NCBI GenBank assembly: GCA_965649825.1
Contig: OZ287703.1
Coordinates: 186,001-250,000 of the forward strand
Length of the DNA stretch: 64,000 bases
Direction: 5' to 3'
DNA from: Penicillus capitatus
Lineage: Eukaryota; Plantae; Chlorophyta
Part shown: in pieces, positions 63,039 through 64,000 of the stretch
How the letters are laid out: each line of letters opens with the position of its first letter
Numbering within the stretch: the first letter of the stretch is position 1
Translations under genes and position numbers: made by a program
The notes under the pieces: generated by a model
What the model was told of the DNA's origin: nothing
The model's input: the letters and a program-made list of their open reading frames with translations, nothing else
Databases searched by the model: none

Positions 63039-64000
63039 GCGACATGCGTCGCGACATCTCTTCCTGCAAGTTTGGCTCAATGGATCAGCCGCCCGTCCGC
63101 TCTTGACCGTGGATCGAACGCATTCGCTCTTTGCGTCATTCTCGAGCGGAGCCGAACCACCGGATGACGATTCGAAATCGCCGACGGTGTCCGGATCGAC
63201 GGAAACGACAAAGCCGAACCTCAAACGCAAAGTGGACGCTGCTTATCGTCCCGTTTACGGCCTCAACCAACCGCATCCGAAGATCTCATCCGAGATGGAT
63301 CAATACATCTTCAAAGACATGAAATCGTGCATCCCCCGTCCGATCGTTTCGTCATGTGGATTTCGCTTTCATCAGATGCGAAGAGATCGAAGGCGCGGTC
63401 TACGAGATTTGGGATCGAATGACGATGCGCGAGGTCGAAGCTGCCTTCTATGCCCTGAAGCGACTCAACGAATATCCCCCGACGTCTCTCCTCGAAAAAC
63501 TCTCGCAGAAGACCATTCAAGTGGCCGACGAGATCACCTGTCGTAACATCTCCTCCATCTTTCTTGCCGCCGCCCGTCTTAAGTACTGGCAAATGGATGG
63601 TATGGAGCGAGGGAAAGAAGGCCGGGCCATGTGTCTGTAGGTATTTCAATCCTGCATTGTTTAATTGTCTGGCGAGGGAGGCTATGAAGCCAGAGAAGCT
63701 ACAGGACTTTCAAGGCGTCTTCTGCGGAACGATCGTCTATGCAATGGGCGCCCTGCAACGGCATTTCACTCGATCGCGGCCTCCCGTTACGAATGACGAA
63801 TCCATTGAGCTGTACTTCCCTCTGCAACTGGACCTGCTCGAGACGATGGCGCATCGAACGTTAACAGTACGCGACGAAGCTGGGCATACCAACAAGAACA
63901 TCGGCAACTTTGTCTACGGTCTAGCCATGATGCGACACAGGTCTGTCACATCAATGATGTCCTTCTCGAAGTCTGTGTGGTGATTGGACAGGCATGAGCC
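63037..64000 (+). CDS. Organelle-targeted helical-repeat (OPR/RAP/FASTK-like) protein, 3' partial
   Basis: Arg/Ser-rich presequence, then repeats such as REVEAAFYALKRL, RNISSIFLAAARL and KNIGNFVYGLAMM. Confidence 0.6.

Overview
Eukaryotic nuclear DNA from a very compact green-algal genome, probably a chlorophyte. The lineage call is an inference from plastid-targeted starch enzymes, chlorophyte-like HCF136 wording and TGTAA-type poly(A) signals. The standard genetic code fits, and genes carry many ~40-60 nt GT-AG introns, so the ORF track fragments most of them. There are three zones. (1) 1-14.1 kb, housekeeping: LPCAT/LPEAT-type acyltransferase, starch branching enzyme, PPM1G-like PP2C, phosphoglucomutase-like enzyme, fibrillin and isoamylase ISA1. 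(2) 14.3-38.2 kb, an accessory island: six intronless EgtD/Methyltransf_33-family SAM methyltransferases, one cytochrome P450 with an atypical I-helix, a ~5 kb segmental duplication, a LINE remnant and a Ty3/gypsy LTR element. (3) 38.3-64 kb, housekeeping: an EIN2-like NRAMP+CEND gene, PEX6, importin-alpha, TRAPPC5, HCF136, beta'-COP, a multi-Tudor protein, NAA30, a CSDE1/UNR-like protein, FMT and an OPR/RAP-like gene. The best candidate for an undescribed system is the methyltransferase-P450 island: none of the six EgtD-like paralogs keeps the histidine-recognition residues, and their pocket residues differ from copy to copy. Next are a minimal EIN2 with all conserved C-terminal boxes and a 9-12 bp motif (CCTGTCACATCA/TGATGTGACAGG) found about 30 times, mostly in introns and UTR gaps and nearly absent from the island. 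All calls come from reading the sequence and recalled family motifs; no searches were run, and multi-exon gene ends are approximate.
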